A DNA stretch of 64,000 nucleotides from an uncultured Actinomycetes bacterium (GCA_963709425.1 CAVPWG010000006.1:121913-185912), one strand, 5' to 3'. Counted from the first letter of the stretch, positions 26,127 through 37,383 are shown. The notes: a model not told the origin generated them from the sequence alone. Program-made: numbers and translations.

Positions 26127-28526
26127 TCAGCCCCCCATGGGATGCGGCCACGTCCAGTCCCGCACCTCAGGCGAATCGAGGCCCTCGATTCGCGTGTGCG
26201 CCCGGCAACGAAGGCGCTCGTCCGTCAGGCGCTGGCGCAGCTCCGCGGCGTGTGCCCCCAGCCCCGGCACGCGGTCGATCGCGTCCATCACGAGGTGGAA
26301 CCGGTCGAGGTCGTTCAGCATGACCATGTCGAACGGCGTGGTGGTCGTGCCCTCCTCCTTGTAGCCGCGGACGTGGAAGTTGCGGTGGTTGGTGCGTCGG
26401 TACGTGAGCCGATGGATCAGCCAGGGATAGCCGTGGTAGGCGAAGACCACCGGCCGATCGGCTGTGAACAGGGTGTCGAAGTCGCGGTCGGAGAGGCCGT
26501 GCGGGTGCTCGCTGTCGGGCTCGAGCCGCATCAGGTCGACGACGTTGATGACGCGAACCCGCAGGTCGGGCAGCTCGCGGCGGAGGATGTCGACGGCGGC
26601 CAGCGTCTCCAGGGTGGGCACCTCGCCGCAGCAGGCCATCACCACGTCCGGGTCTCCCTCATCGTTTGAGGCCCACTCCCAGATGCCGAGCCCGCGCGTG
26701 CAGTGCATTATGGCGTCGTCGATCGAGAGGTAGTTGAGCGCGGGCTGCTTGCCGGCGACGATCACGTTCACGTAGTGACGTGACTCCAGGCAGTGGGCTG
26801 CCACAGACAGCAGGCAGTTGGCGTCCGGCGGCAGGTAGACGCGGATGATCTCCGCCTTCTTGTTCACGACGTGGTCCATGAAGCCGGGGTCCTGATGTGA
26901 GAAGCCGTTGTGGTCCTGCCGCCAGACATGAGAGCTGAGCAGGTAGTTGAGTGAGGCGACCGGGCGCCGCCAGGGGATGCCGCGCGTTACCTTCAGCCAC
27001 TTGGCGTGCTGGTTGAACATCGAGTCGACGACATGGATGAACGCCTCGTAGCTGGTGAAGAGGCCATGCCGGCCCGTCAGCAGATAGCCCTCGAGCCAGC
27101 CCTGGCACTGATGCTCGGAGAGCACTTCCATCACCCGGCCGGTGGTCGCGAGGTGGTCGTCGCTCTCGAGCCGTGACGCGTCCCAGGCGCGGTCGGTGGC
27201 TTCGAACACCGCCGACAGCCGGTTGGAGGCGGTCTCGTCCGGTCCGAAGAGGCGGAACCGATCCGGGTTGCGCACAATCACGTCACGCAGGTAGGAGCCG
27301 AGTACCCGCGTCGCCTCGCTCAGCGTCGTGGCCGGTGACGGCACGTCGACCGCGTAGGAGCGGAAGTCGGGGAGGTCGAGCTCCTCAAGCAACAGTCCAC
27401 CGTTGGCGTGAGGGTTGGCGCTCATCCGCCGACGCCCGCGCGGAGGGAGGGCGGACAGCTCCGGCGCGAGCGCCCCGACCTCGTCGAACAGCTCATGAGG
27501 CCGGTAGCTGCGAAGCCACTCCTCGAGCTGCGCCAGGTGACGCGGGTTCGTCCGCACCTCGGCGAGCGGCACCTGGTGCGACCGCCAGGTTCCCTCCGCG
27601 GGCAGTCCGTCCACCATCTTCGGGCCGGTCCAGCCCTTGGGCGTACGTAGTACGATCATCGGCCAGCGCGGACGCTCGGTTAGTCCCTCGACGCGGGCGG
27701 CGTGCTGGAGCGATGCGATCTCGCCGGCAACCGTCTCGAGGACGCTCGCCATCCGCTCATGCATCGGCCCCGGCTCGTCGCCGTCCACCCAGTGCACCGT
27801 GTGGCCGTACCCCTCCAAGAGCGACGTCAGCTCGCGGTCGCCGATGCGGGCCAGCACGGCTGGGTTGGCGATCTTATAGCCGTTCAGATGCAGGATCGGG
27901 AGCACGGCTCCGTCGCCGACGGGGTCGAGAAACTTGTTGGAGTGCCAGCCGGTGGCGAGCGGGCCGGTCTCCGCCTCGCCGTCGCCGACGATGCAGCAGA
28001 CGACGAGGTCGGGGTTGTCGAAGGCGGCCCCGTAGGCGTGCGAGAGCGAGTAGCCGAGCTCGCCGCCCTCGTGGATCGATCCGGGGGTCTCGGGGGCCAC
28101 GTGCGACGGGATGCCGCCGGGGAACGAGAACTGCCGGAACAGCTGACGCAGGCCTGCCTCGTCGCGGCCGATGTGGGGATAGACCTGGCTGTAGGTCCCC
28201 TCCAGGTAGGCGTTCGCGACAGCCGCAGGGCCGCCGTGGCCAGGCCCAATCACGTAGATCATGTCCAGATCGCGGCTGCGGATCAGCCGATTCAGGTGCG
28301 CGTAGATGAAGTTCAACCCGGGCGTGGTTCCCCAGTGACCGATCAGGCGCGGCTTCACCTGGTTTGGCTGCAAGGGCTCTCGCAGGAGCGGGTTGTCGAG
28401 CAGGTAGATCTGGCCGACAGACACGTAGTTGGCGGCCCGCCAGTAGGCGTCGATTAGGCCGAGCTCGTCGCGGCTCGCAGCCGTCCCGCCCCGCTCGGGC
28501 GCATCCTGTGCTGATCGCTGGCTCAT
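26127..28526 (-). CDS. xfp: Xylulose-5-phosphate/fructose-6-phosphate phosphoketolase
   Basis: [59 protein letters not shown]. Confidence 0.96.
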   Translation of the reverse strand: MSQRSAQDAPERGGTAASRDELGLIDAYWRAANYVSVGQIYLLDNPLLREPLQPNQVKPRLIGHWGTTPGLNFIYAHLNRLIRSRDLDMIYVIGPGHGGPAAVANAYLEGTYSQVYPHIGRDEAGLRQLFRQFSFPGGIPSHVAPETPGSIHEGGELGYSLSHAYGAAFDNPDLVVCCIVGDGEAETGPLATGWHSNKFLDPVGDGAVLPILHLNGYKIANPAVLARIGDRELTSLLEGYGHTVHWVDGDEPGPMHERMASVLETVAGEIASLQHAARVEGLTERPRWPMIVLRTPKGWTGPKMVDGLPAEGTWRSHQVPLAEVRTNPRHLAQLEEWLRSYRPHELFDEVGALAPELSALPPRGRRRMSANPHANGGLLLEELDLPDFRSYAVDVPSPATTLSEATRVLGSYLRDVIVRNPDRFRLFGPDETASNRLSAVFEATDRAWDASRLESDDHLATTGRVMEVLSEHQCQGWLEGYLLTGRHGLFTSYEAFIHVVDSMFNQHAKWLKVTRGIPWRRPVASLNYLLSSHVWRQDHNGFSHQDPGFMDHVVNKKAEIIRVYLPPDANCLLSVAAHCLESRHYVNVIVAGKQPALNYLSIDDAIMHCTRGLGIWEWASNDEGDPDVVMACCGEVPTLETLAAVDILRRELPDLRVRVINVVDLMRLEPDSEHPHGLSDRDFDTLFTADRPVVFAYHGYPWLIHRLTYRRTNHRNFHVRGYKEEGTTTTPFDMVMLNDLDRFHLVMDAIDRVPGLGAHAAELRQRLTDERLRCRAHTRIEGLDSPEVRDWTWPHPMGG

Positions 28527-29160
28527 CGCATCACGTTCTCGGTCTCCCGCCCGCCGCTGTGCGGATCTTCGCGCAGCACAGTCCAGGGTCGCGTCGATCG
28601 ACACCTTGCCCTCACCGGGTCGGTGGTGCTCATCGGCGTTGTCGCGGGCTCTGCACCGCCGGGGGATCATCGCGCACGGGCTCACCGCTGGCATCTGCGA
28701 TCTCGCCGACCATCAGTGCGGGGCGACAAAGACCGGCGGGAGAAACCGCGAGGACGGTTCGGTGGAACTCCCGGTGCCGGTTCGCTGCCGAGTGTCCTTC
28801 CCCAAAAGGGTCGATGGGACCCAAAGTCCAGGCGGATCCGCGTTTGCGCAGACCCGGGCAGGCAACCGCCATCGGCCAGCTCAAGGATGTGCTGCACGGC
28901 GAAGCAGCACGATCGTGAGCCTCGACACCGGTTGGCCTGGAGTACGCCCCGCGAACAGTCGCGCGACCCACAGCGGCGCTTAGTAGCGGTCTGCCAACCC
29001 GTCTCGGGCCGGCCTGGCAGGCGAAGGCCTTTAGCGCGTGGACGCGATCCTGCGGGCGAATCCGTGGTTTCGACGGATAAGGTCTGCGGTATCCGCTGAT
29101 GCGGGAGGGTTGGCGGCCTGGCGAGGATCGGGTGTCCGACTCCCGATGGAGGTGGTGACC

Positions 29161-30561
29161 GTGTCGGCTGAAGTGTCGTATCCGCTCGAGGTGGAGGGTA
29201 GGCTCGATCCGCGGCTCAGCCGTTGGCTGTGGCTCGTCAAGTGGCTGCTCGCTATCCCGCACTTCGTCGTGTTGGCGTTCCTGTGGATCGCGTTCTTCGT
29301 GCTCACCTTCGTGGCGCTGGTCGCGATCGTCTTCACCGGCCGCTACCCCCGGTCGCTGTTTGAGTTCAACGTGGGTGTGCTCCGCTGGAGCTGGCGCGTT
29401 GGCTTCTACACGTTCGCTGCGCTCGGCACTGACCGGTATCCGCCGTTCACGCTCGGACCGGCGCTTGATTACCCGGCCAGGCTGGACGTGGTGTACCCGG
29501 TGCAGCTGTCTCGCGGGCTGGCGCTGGTCAAGTGGTGGCTGCTCGCTATACCCCAGTACGTGATCGTCGCCTTCCTCCTGGGCGGAGGTGCGCGGTGGAG
29601 GTGGGTCACATCGGGTGTCGGTCTGATCGACGTGCTCGTTCTTTTCGGCGGCATCGCCCTGCTGTTCACGGGTCGCTATCCCCAGGGCATCTTCGACCTG
29701 GTGGTCGGACTCGATCGATGGGCGTTGCGCGTCGCCGCGTACGCCGGGCTGATGACCGACCGCTACCCGCCATTCCGACTCGACATGGGCGGCACCGAGC
29801 CCGCGGCCCAGCGCGCGGCGCCCGAGGCCGCGCCGTCAGGGGCGGCCCCGGTGGCCGGCGCGCGCCGCTGGACATTCGGCAGGGTGGTGCTGGTGGTGCT
29901 GGGCAGCCTGGCGGCGCTGCTGGCTCTCGGCCTCGCCACCAGCGGCGCTGCCGCCCTCGTCGTCGACCACACCCAGCGCGACGGCGACGGCTATCTCATG
30001 AGCCCGAGCAAGCATCTGTCGACCGGCAGCTACGCCCTCGTATCCCAGCCCACGACTCTGGGCAGCGACGTGACAGGACGCGACTTCCTCGGCACCGTGC
30101 GCGTCCGTACCGAGAGCGACAGGCGAGTGTTCGTCGGCATCGCCCGGTCGGCCGCCGCGGCCGCCTACCTGGACGGCATGCGCCGCGCGGAGGTCAGCGA
30201 GATCGGGCCCTGGCACGTCGGCTACGACCTGCAAACCGGTGGCCCGCCACCCACACCGCCCGCTTCGCAGACCTTCTGGTCCGCGTCCGCCACCGGGACG
30301 GGAAACCAGGTGCTGGACTGGAAGCCCACGGGCGGCACTTGGAGGGTTGTAGTGATGAACGCCGACGGCTCACCCCGCGTAGCCGTCGATGCCAGCATCG
30401 GCGCCAAGCTCGACGACTGGTTCTGGGTCGGCGTCGGCTTGCTCATCGCCGGACTCCTGTTCGCCCTCGCTGCCGCCGGCCTGATCCACCTCGGAGTCAG
30501 GCGCACCCAGGCACCAGCCCAGCCGGAACTCGTTAATGACGGCCACGGCGACACCAGGTAG
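29161..30561 (+). CDS. DUF4389-like membrane protein with C-terminal extracytoplasmic domain
   Basis: Two repeats LSR.L.LVKWLLAIP...TGRYP...TDRYPPF; RBS GGAGG before the GTG. Confidence 0.8.
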   Translation: MSAEVSYPLEVEGRLDPRLSRWLWLVKWLLAIPHFVVLAFLWIAFFVLTFVALVAIVFTGRYPRSLFEFNVGVLRWSWRVGFYTFAALGTDRYPPFTLGPALDYPARLDVVYPVQLSRGLALVKWWLLAIPQYVIVAFLLGGGARWRWVTSGVGLIDVLVLFGGIALLFTGRYPQGIFDLVVGLDRWALRVAAYAGLMTDRYPPFRLDMGGTEPAAQRAAPEAAPSGAAPVAGARRWTFGRVVLVVLGSLAALLALGLATSGAAALVVDHTQRDGDGYLMSPSKHLSTGSYALVSQPTTLGSDVTGRDFLGTVRVRTESDRRVFVGIARSAAAAAYLDGMRRAEVSEIGPWHVGYDLQTGGPPPTPPASQTFWSASATGTGNQVLDWKPTGGTWRVVVMNADGSPRVAVDASIGAKLDDWFWVGVGLLIAGLLFALAAAGLIHLGVRRTQAPAQPELVNDGHGDTR

Positions 30562-30952
30562 AGGCACCGGGGACACGGTCGATCTCGTCACCAGAGCCGT
30601 TTCCAGCCAGCGCGCCGGGCCGGGACGCGACGCGACATTGCGCTGAGGTGACGTCAAGGTGACCCTCGGCGCGCTGAGGTGCCTACTTAGCGAAATTGAA
30701 GCACGGGCATCGGCGGACGGGCCGCCCCGGCCGGTGTGAAGAGGTGGTGGGCGATCGGGATTTCCGACCTGATCATGGTCGACGCGAGGCGCTGGATGCC
30801 CCCGAGAAGCGCACCGCCGTCCGCGCCCGTACGCGGCAGCCGCTGGCCAATTGTTCGCGCTCTGTCAAGGTTTCTGTCACAGCCTTGACCGAGATACGGG
30901 CCATGCCGTTATTAAGAGCGAGGGCAACGATTCACAAGGGGGCTGAATCACC

Positions 30953-31114
30953 ATGAACAACGCAGACATTCGGGCACTCGATCGGCTCATCGCCGACATC
31001 CAGTTCTCGTGCTGGCACGGGTCGGAGGTCGACTGGAACGGGCGGCCTGCTCCGCTGAGCACGCGGCGCGCCATCGCGCGGCGCACGAAGGCCGTGCTGG
31101 TCGGAGCCAAGTAG
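30953..31114 (+). CDS. Small protein (53 aa) missing from the ORF track
   Basis: MNNADIRALDRLIADIQFSCWHGSEVDWNGRPAPLSTRRAIARRTKAVLVGAK; RBS AAGGGGG; GC-rich third codon positions; stop abuts the paaG stop. Confidence 0.55.
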   Translation: MNNADIRALDRLIADIQFSCWHGSEVDWNGRPAPLSTRRAIARRTKAVLVGAK

Positions 31115-31120
31115 GCGGGG

Positions 31121-31885
31121 TCAGCCGCCGCCGAAGCGCGGCGGGCGCTTCTCGCGGAACGCGGCGACACCCTCGGCGAAGTCGGCCGATCGGGCCGCGG
31201 CCGACTGCATCTGGGCCTCCAGCTCCAGTTGCTCGTCGAGGGTGGTTCGCGCGGCAAGGTCGAAGAGGCGCTTGTGCATCGCGATGGCGCGGGTCGCCAT
31301 CGCGGCCAGGGTCGCCGCCTGCTCCGCCGCGCGAGCGGGCAGGTCGGCGGCCGGCACAACCTCGGACACGAGGCCCCAGGCGAGCGCCTCGTCAGCGCTC
31401 AGGCGGCGGCCGGAGAGCATCCACTCCGCCGCCCTGGCCGGCCCCAGGATCCGGGTGAGGAAGTGCGAGCCGCCGGAGTCGGGCACGAGCCCGACGTTCA
31501 CGAAGGCGGGCACGAACGACGCCGAGCCGGCGGCGATGCGGATGTCGCACGCCATCGCGAGCGAGAGCCCGGCGCCGGCCGCCGCGCCGTTCACCGCGGC
31601 GAGCACAGGCTTCTCGAGCGCCCGAAGGGCGCGGATGTTCGGGTGATACGTCTCGCGCAGGAGCGACCCGACGTCGCGGCCGCCCGTGAACGAGGCCAGA
31701 TCCTGCCCGACGCAGAAGCCGCGGCCCGCGCCCGTGAGCACGACGGCCCGCACGTCGTCATCGCGGGCCACCTTGAGTGCGTCGCGGAAGCCGGCGTGCA
31801 TGGCGTCGTCGAACGCATTCAGCTTGTCGGGCCGGTTGAGCGTCAGGGTGAGGACGGCACCGTCGCGGGCTACTTCGACTTCCAC
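31121..31885 (-). CDS. paaG: Enoyl-CoA isomerase, probable PaaG (ring-1,2-epoxyphenylacetyl-CoA isomerase)
   Basis: LNRPDKLNAF, GRGFCVGQDL, VNGAAAGAGLSLA, GLVPDSGG; paa context. Confidence 0.78.
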   Translation of the reverse strand: MEVEVARDGAVLTLTLNRPDKLNAFDDAMHAGFRDALKVARDDDVRAVVLTGAGRGFCVGQDLASFTGGRDVGSLLRETYHPNIRALRALEKPVLAAVNGAAAGAGLSLAMACDIRIAAGSASFVPAFVNVGLVPDSGGSHFLTRILGPARAAEWMLSGRRLSADEALAWGLVSEVVPAADLPARAAEQAATLAAMATRAIAMHKRLFDLAARTTLDEQLELEAQMQSAAARSADFAEGVAAFREKRPPRFGGG

Positions 31886-32637
31886 TCGGGCCTCCTCTTC
31901 TCGACGAACGCGCTCAGGCCCTCGCGCGCGTCCTCCGACGCGAAGGCCAGGTAGAGCGCCTTCCGCTCGAAATCGAGCCCGGAGTCGAGGCCGGTCTCGA
32001 ACGCGCGGTCGACGGCCTCCCGCGCCAGCCGCTGCGCCACCGGCGCGCGAGCGCCGATCTCGGCGGCGACGCGGCGGGCCTCGTCGAGCCACGCCTCCCT
32101 TGTCACCACGCGGGCCACCAGCCCGGCCGCAAGCGCCTCGTGCGCGGTCAGGATCCGGCCCGTCAGCACCATGTCCATCGCGAGCGCCTTCCCGACCGCC
32201 CGCGCCAGACGCTGCGTCCCGCCGGCGCCGGGGATGATGCCGAGCCCCGTCTCGGGCTGCCCGAACCGGGCCGTGTCCGACGCGATGATGAGGTCGCAGG
32301 TCATCGCGAGCTCGCACCCGCCGCCCAGGCACCAGCCCGAGACTGCCGCGACGAGGGGCGTCGAGAGCTTCCGGATCGCATCCCAGCGCGCCACGCGCGG
32401 AGCCTGGTAGAGCTCGACCGCCGTCGCGGCTGCGAGCTCCGCGATGTCGGCGCCCGCGGCGAACGCCCGCTCGTCGCCGGCGAGCACGATGCAGTGCACA
32501 TCCCCGTCGGCATCCAGCTCGGCGAGCCTGGCGACGAGCTCGTCCATGAGCGCGTCGGAGAGCGCGTTTCGGGCCTCCGGCCGGTTCAGGCGAACGACCG
32601 CGATCGGGGTGTCGCGCTCGACCAGGACGAGGCTCAT
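31870..32637 (-). CDS. paaF: Enoyl-CoA hydratase, probable PaaF
   Basis: LNRPEARNALS, FAAGADI, GGGCELA, FGQPE..GIIPGAGGTQRL. Confidence 0.8.
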   Translation of the reverse strand: MSLVLVERDTPIAVVRLNRPEARNALSDALMDELVARLAELDADGDVHCIVLAGDERAFAAGADIAELAAATAVELYQAPRVARWDAIRKLSTPLVAAVSGWCLGGGCELAMTCDLIIASDTARFGQPETGLGIIPGAGGTQRLARAVGKALAMDMVLTGRILTAHEALAAGLVARVVTREAWLDEARRVAAEIGARAPVAQRLAREAVDRAFETGLDSGLDFERKALYLAFASEDAREGLSAFVEKRRPEWKSK

Positions 32638-33446
32638 GGGCGCCGGTCCAGGAACGCCCGCACCGCCTCGGCAGGCTCGTCGGTCGCCATCGAGAGCGCC
32701 AGCCAGTCGCGCGCATGCCCGACGGTCTGGTGCCAGGCCAGGTCGCGCCAGAAGTTGAGCTGCTGCTTCGTGTAGCGCATCGTCTGCGGCAGCTTGCGCG
32801 CCAGCGACTCCACCAGCTCGCCGACGACCCGGTCGAGCTCCGCCGCCGGCACCGCGCGGTTCACGAGCCCCCACTCCGCCGCCTGCGCCGCCGGGATCTC
32901 GTCGCACAGCATCAGGATCTCGCGCGCGCGGCGGTCGCCGACCATCACCGGCAGCCACTGTGTCGCTCCGCCCGCCGGCACCGAGCCGTGCTCGGGCCCG
33001 ACGTGGCGGATGAACGCGTCGTCCACCATCACCGCCAGGTCGCACGCCATCTGGAGCTCGTTGCCGCCGCCGACGCAGATGCCGTTGATGCGCGCGACGG
33101 TCGGCTTGCCGATCTCGCGGAGCCGGTCGTGGGCGTCCTTGAACGCCCCGAACCACTTCCAGTACTCGCCGGGCCTGCCGAGGTAGTCGGCCTGCCAGCT
33201 CTTGAGGTCGGCGCCGACGCAGAACGCTCGCCCGGTCCCGGTCACGACGACCACCCGGACGTCGTCGTCCCACGAGGCGTCCTCGGCGGCCCGCGCGATC
33301 TCGCGCAGCATGCGGAAGTCGAACGCGTTCAGCACCTCGGGGCGGTTCAGCGTGATCGTCGCGCGGGGCGGATCCTTGGCGTAGACGATGGCCTCGAAGC
33401 CGAGGTCGGCCGGGGCGCGCGGTGTGGGGTGGGTCGGCTCGGTCAA
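32634..33446 (-). CDS. Crotonase-family enzyme resembling ring-opening hydrolases (Oah/BadI/MenB-like)
   Basis: FCVGADL, NGICVGGGNELQMACD, HVGPEHGSVPAGGATQWLP. Confidence 0.7.
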   Translation of the reverse strand: MTEPTHPTPRAPADLGFEAIVYAKDPPRATITLNRPEVLNAFDFRMLREIARAAEDASWDDDVRVVVVTGTGRAFCVGADLKSWQADYLGRPGEYWKWFGAFKDAHDRLREIGKPTVARINGICVGGGNELQMACDLAVMVDDAFIRHVGPEHGSVPAGGATQWLPVMVGDRRAREILMLCDEIPAAQAAEWGLVNRAVPAAELDRVVGELVESLARKLPQTMRYTKQQLNFWRDLAWHQTVGHARDWLALSMATDEPAEAVRAFLDRRP

Positions 33447-33721
33447 TTCACGTCGCAGAAGTGCACCCGAAACGCGATCCCCATCTCGGCCGCATCCGTG
33501 CCCGTGGCGGCGAACTCGGGTGTCCGCGTCGCCGACTTGAACGCATCCATGTCGGGAAAGCGCCACTGGGCTGCATACGCGAACGCCGGGTCGCCCATCG
33601 GGCTCCCGAACACCGGGCCGTGGACGAACTCGCCGCCGGGCACGGCGTGACACAGCGCGGCGTGCTCGGCGTAGCGGTCGGGGTCGGGCAGCTCGTCGTA
33701 GGTGACCAGCACGATGACCAC
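33443..33721 (-). CDS. EthD-like small dimeric alpha-beta barrel protein
   Basis: Y..H..L...VPG...GSPMGDP.F...A...FPDMDAFK.A...PE....G.DA. Confidence 0.7.
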   Translation of the reverse strand: MVIVLVTYDELPDPDRYAEHAALCHAVPGGEFVHGPVFGSPMGDPAFAYAAQWRFPDMDAFKSATRTPEFAATGTDAAEMGIAFRVHFCDVN

Positions 33722-33731
33722 GGCCCGCAGC

Positions 33732-35187
33732 CTACAGGCCGAACGGGTTGGACGGCCGGGATCCGGCGGCCACGATCACGGACTTCTCCTCGAGATACTC
33801 CTCGAGCGCGCCGGCCGACAGCTCGCGCCCGAAGCCCGACTGCTTGAAGCCGCCGAACGCCACGCCCGGAAACGCGCTGTACGGCATGTTGAGGCCGATC
33901 GTGCCGGCGTCGATGCGACGGGCCAGGCGCTGCGCCCGGTTGGGATCGCCGGTCCAGACCGTGGCCATGAGCCCGTAGCGCACGCCGTTTGCGACCGTGA
34001 CCGCCTCCCCCTCGTCCTCGAAGGGCGTGACCGTCACCACCGGGCCGAAGATCTCCTCCTGCGCCGCCTCCGAGGACGCGTCGACGTTGGCGACGACCGT
34101 GGCCGGGTAGAAGGCGCCCGGGCCCTCCGGCACCTCGCCGCCCAGGACGACCTCGCCCGCCGGCGCCGGCCGCGCGCTCGACGTACCCGTGGACGCGATC
34201 CCGATGGCCGGCATCGATGAGCGAGCCCATGTGGGTGTCGCCGTCGAGCGGATCGCCGACCCGCAGGCGGCCGGCCGCCTCGGCGAACCGCGACACGACC
34301 TCGTCGTAGACCGAGGCCTCGACCAGGAGGCGCGACCGCGCCTCGCAGCTCTGGCCGGCCGAGTAGTAGATCGACCACACCGAGGCGGGGATCGCCTCGT
34401 CGAGGTTCGCGTCGGCGAAGACGATGCTCGGGCTCTTGCCACCCAGCTCCAGCGTGACGCGCTTGATCGGGTCGGCGCAGAGGCGCATGATCTCGCCGCC
34501 CGTGGCGGTCGAGCCGGTGAACGCCACCTTCTGGACGCCGGGATGGCCGACCAGGTAGCTGCCCACGGACGGGCCGTCGGCCGGGAGGACGTTCACGACG
34601 CCGGCCGGGATCCCGACCTCGACCGCGAGCTCGGCCAGCCACAGTGCCGACAGCGGCGTGCGCGGATCGGGCTTGAGCACGGTCGTGCACCCGGCCGCCA
34701 GCGCCGGGGCGAGCTTCCAGGCCGCCATCATCAACGGGTAGTTCCAGGGGACGATCTGGGCGCACACGCCGACCGGCTGTTTCAGCGAGTAGTGGGTCAG
34801 CGACCCGCCGAGCGTGCCGGTGCGGCCCGACGGCGCCGCAGCAACGGACGCGTAGAAGCGGAACGTCTCGATCGCCGCCGCCAGCTCGGCGTTCACCGAG
34901 CCGATCGCCTTCCCCACGTTCTGCGCCTCGAGCGTGGCGAGCTCCGACCTGCCCGCCCGGATCCCGTCGGCGAGCGCGTGCAGCAGGCGCGAGCGCTCGG
35001 TGGCCGGCGCCCGGGCCCAGTCGCCGACGAGCGCGGCGCCCGCCGCCGCCACGGCCGCGTCGACGTCGGCCTCACCCGCGAGCGACACGTTCGCCAGCGG
35101 CTCACCGGTCGCCGGCTCGGTCAGGGCGGCGTCGCCGCCGCCGCCCGAGCGGGTCTCGCCGCCGATGTGCACGCCGGTCTCGATCAT
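33732..35187 (-). CDS. Aldehyde dehydrogenase (one frameshift near 34165)
   Basis: [25 protein letters not shown], then EEIFGPV and [12 protein letters not shown] in the next frame. Confidence 0.88.
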
Positions 35188-36356
35188 GCCGCCTCGAAGA
35201 TCGCCGCCTGGCCCTGCCCGACGCCCACGCACAGCATGGCCATGCCGTAGCGGCCGCCGCGGCGGCGCAGCTCGTGCACGAGCGAGACCACGAGCCGGGC
35301 GCCGCTCATCCCCAGCGGATGGCCGATGGCGATCGCACCGCCGTTCGGGTTCACACGCTCCGGGTCGAGGCCCAGCTCGCGGATGACGGCCACGCTCTGG
35401 GATGCGAAGGCCTCGTTCAGCTCGACCACGTCGAGGTCGCCCGGCTCGAGGCCGGCCCGGGCGAGCGCCTTGCGGGCGGCCGGCATCGGCCCGACCCCCA
35501 TCACCCGCGGGTCGACGCCGGCAACGCCGCCGGCGATGTACCGGGCCAGCGGCGAGGCTCCCAGCTCCGCCGCGCGCTCGGCGCTCGCGACGACGAGCGC
35601 CGCCGCGCCGTCGTTGATCCCCGACGAGTTCCCGGCCGTGACGCTTCCACCCTGGCGGAACGCCGGCTTGAGCGCCGCCAGCTTCTCCGCATCGGTGTCG
35701 GCGCGGGGGTGCTCGTCGCGCTCCACGTCGGCGACCGCGACCAGCTCGTCGCCGAAGCGCCCCGCCTCGTCGGCCGCCGCCCAGCGGCGCTGGCTCTCGA
35801 GCGCGAACGCGTCCTGGTCCTCGCGGCTCACCGACCAGCGCTCGGCCACGTTCTCGCCGGTCTCGCCCATCGACTCGAGCGGGAACATCGACTCCATCCG
35901 CGGGTTCGGAAACCGCCACCCGAGCGTGGAGTCATAGAGCGTCCGGTCGCCGCGCGGAAATGCCCGCTCGGGCTTGGCCGTGACGAGAGGGGCGCGGCTC
36001 ATCGACTCGACGCCGCCCGCGACGAAGAGGTCGCCGTCGCCGGCCCGCACGGCGTGGCAGGCCGCCGTCACGGCGGCGAGGCCCGACGCGCACAGCCGGT
36101 TCAGGGTCACGCCGGCGACGGAGTCGGGGAGGCCCGCGAGCAGCACCGCCATCCGGGCGACGTTGCGGTTGTCCTCGCCAGCCTGGTTCGCGCAGCCCAT
36201 GTAGACGTCCTCGACGTCGGCCGCCGGGACGCCGGCCCGCTCGACCGCAGCCGCGATCGCGAGCGCCGCCAGGTCGTCGGGGCGGACCGCGGACAGGGCG
36301 CCGCCGTAGCGACCGACGGGCGTCCGGACCGCCGACAGGATCACCGCCTCGGGCAT
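35184..36356 (-). CDS. paaJ: Thiolase (3-oxoadipyl-CoA/PaaJ-PcaF type)
   Basis: [44 protein letters not shown]. Confidence 0.85.
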   Translation of the reverse strand: MPEAVILSAVRTPVGRYGGALSAVRPDDLAALAIAAAVERAGVPAADVEDVYMGCANQAGEDNRNVARMAVLLAGLPDSVAGVTLNRLCASGLAAVTAACHAVRAGDGDLFVAGGVESMSRAPLVTAKPERAFPRGDRTLYDSTLGWRFPNPRMESMFPLESMGETGENVAERWSVSREDQDAFALESQRRWAAADEAGRFGDELVAVADVERDEHPRADTDAEKLAALKPAFRQGGSVTAGNSSGINDGAAALVVASAERAAELGASPLARYIAGGVAGVDPRVMGVGPMPAARKALARAGLEPGDLDVVELNEAFASQSVAVIRELGLDPERVNPNGGAIAIGHPLGMSGARLVVSLVHELRRRGGRYGMAMLCVGVGQGQAAIFEAA

Positions 36357-36528
36357 CGGGTCGCAGTGTACGCTCGCGGGTCGTGGCAGCTGCCGGTGAG
36401 ACCGTCCGCCGAGCGGATGCCGCCGAGGCGGGCCGGATCGCCTCCGTGATCCACGCGGCGTTCGCGCAGCACACCGGCTCGCCGGTCCCCACGTTCGCGT
36501 GGTTCGAGAAGCCGGTAGTGTCAGGCGC

Positions 36529-37383
36529 GTGACGCACGGAATCCGCACGGTCGGCGTGGTCGGGCTCGGCACGATGGGCGCCGGGATCGCGCAGGTCGTC
36601 GCCCACCACGGCTACGGCGTCGTGGCCTGCGAGGTGTCGAACGATCTCGTGCAGGCCGGCCTGGCGCGGATCGGCGCCGGCCTCGGCCGCCACGTCGAGC
36701 GCGGCCGGATGACGGCCGCCGAGCGCGAGGCCGCGCTGGCACACGTCGCCGGGACGACCGACCTCGACGCCTTCGGCAGCTGCGACCTGGTCGTCGAGGC
36801 GATCGTCGAGGACATGGACGCCAAGCGCCAGCTCTTCGCCCGGCTCGAGGAGATCTGCCGCCCCGACGCGATCCTGGCGACGAACACATCGGCGCTCTCG
36901 GTCACCGAGATCGCTGCGGCGACGTCCACGGCGGAGCGCGTCGTCGGGATGCACTTCTTCAACCCCGCCCCGGTGCTGCCGCTCGTCGAGGTCATCGTCG
37001 GCGACCGGACGTCGGCCACCGTGGCCGAGCGCGTACGGGAGTTCGCGGAGGCCATCGGCAAGCGCCCGGTCGTCTGCCCCGACCGTCCCGGCTTCGTCGT
37101 GAACCGCATCCTCATCCCGCTCCTCAACGACTGCGTGCGCCTCTACGAGCAGGGCGGCATCTCGGCTGACGACCTCGACCAGGCGATGACGGCGGGGCTC
37201 AACTGGCCGATCGGGCCGCTCCGGCTGATCGACCTGATCGGCGCGGACGTCCACGTCCACGCCTCCGAGGCGCTGTGGCAGGCCTATCGCGAGCCGCGCT
37301 TCGCCCCGCCGCCGTCGCTCGTCCGCATGGTCGAGTCGGGGCGCCTGGGCCGCAAGGCCGGCGCGGGCTTCTACACGTACTGA
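36529..37383 (+). CDS. 3-hydroxyacyl-CoA dehydrogenase (PaaH/Hbd-like)
   Basis: [45 protein letters not shown]. Confidence 0.9.
   Translation: MTHGIRTVGVVGLGTMGAGIAQVVAHHGYGVVACEVSNDLVQAGLARIGAGLGRHVERGRMTAAEREAALAHVAGTTDLDAFGSCDLVVEAIVEDMDAKRQLFARLEEICRPDAILATNTSALSVTEIAAATSTAERVVGMHFFNPAPVLPLVEVIVGDRTSATVAERVREFAEAIGKRPVVCPDRPGFVVNRILIPLLNDCVRLYEQGGISADDLDQAMTAGLNWPIGPLRLIDLIGADVHVHASEALWQAYREPRFAPPPSLVRMVESGRLGRKAGAGFYTY

Noticed and set aside
28816-28831. DosR-box-like GGGACCCAAAGTCCA upstream of xfp
   Set aside because: Spacer and right arm deviate from the consensus; single weak instance
30671-30697. Possible dif/Xer-like site (CGCTGAG-N7-CTTAGCGAAAT)
   Set aside because: Poor match to the dif consensus and no recombinase in the window
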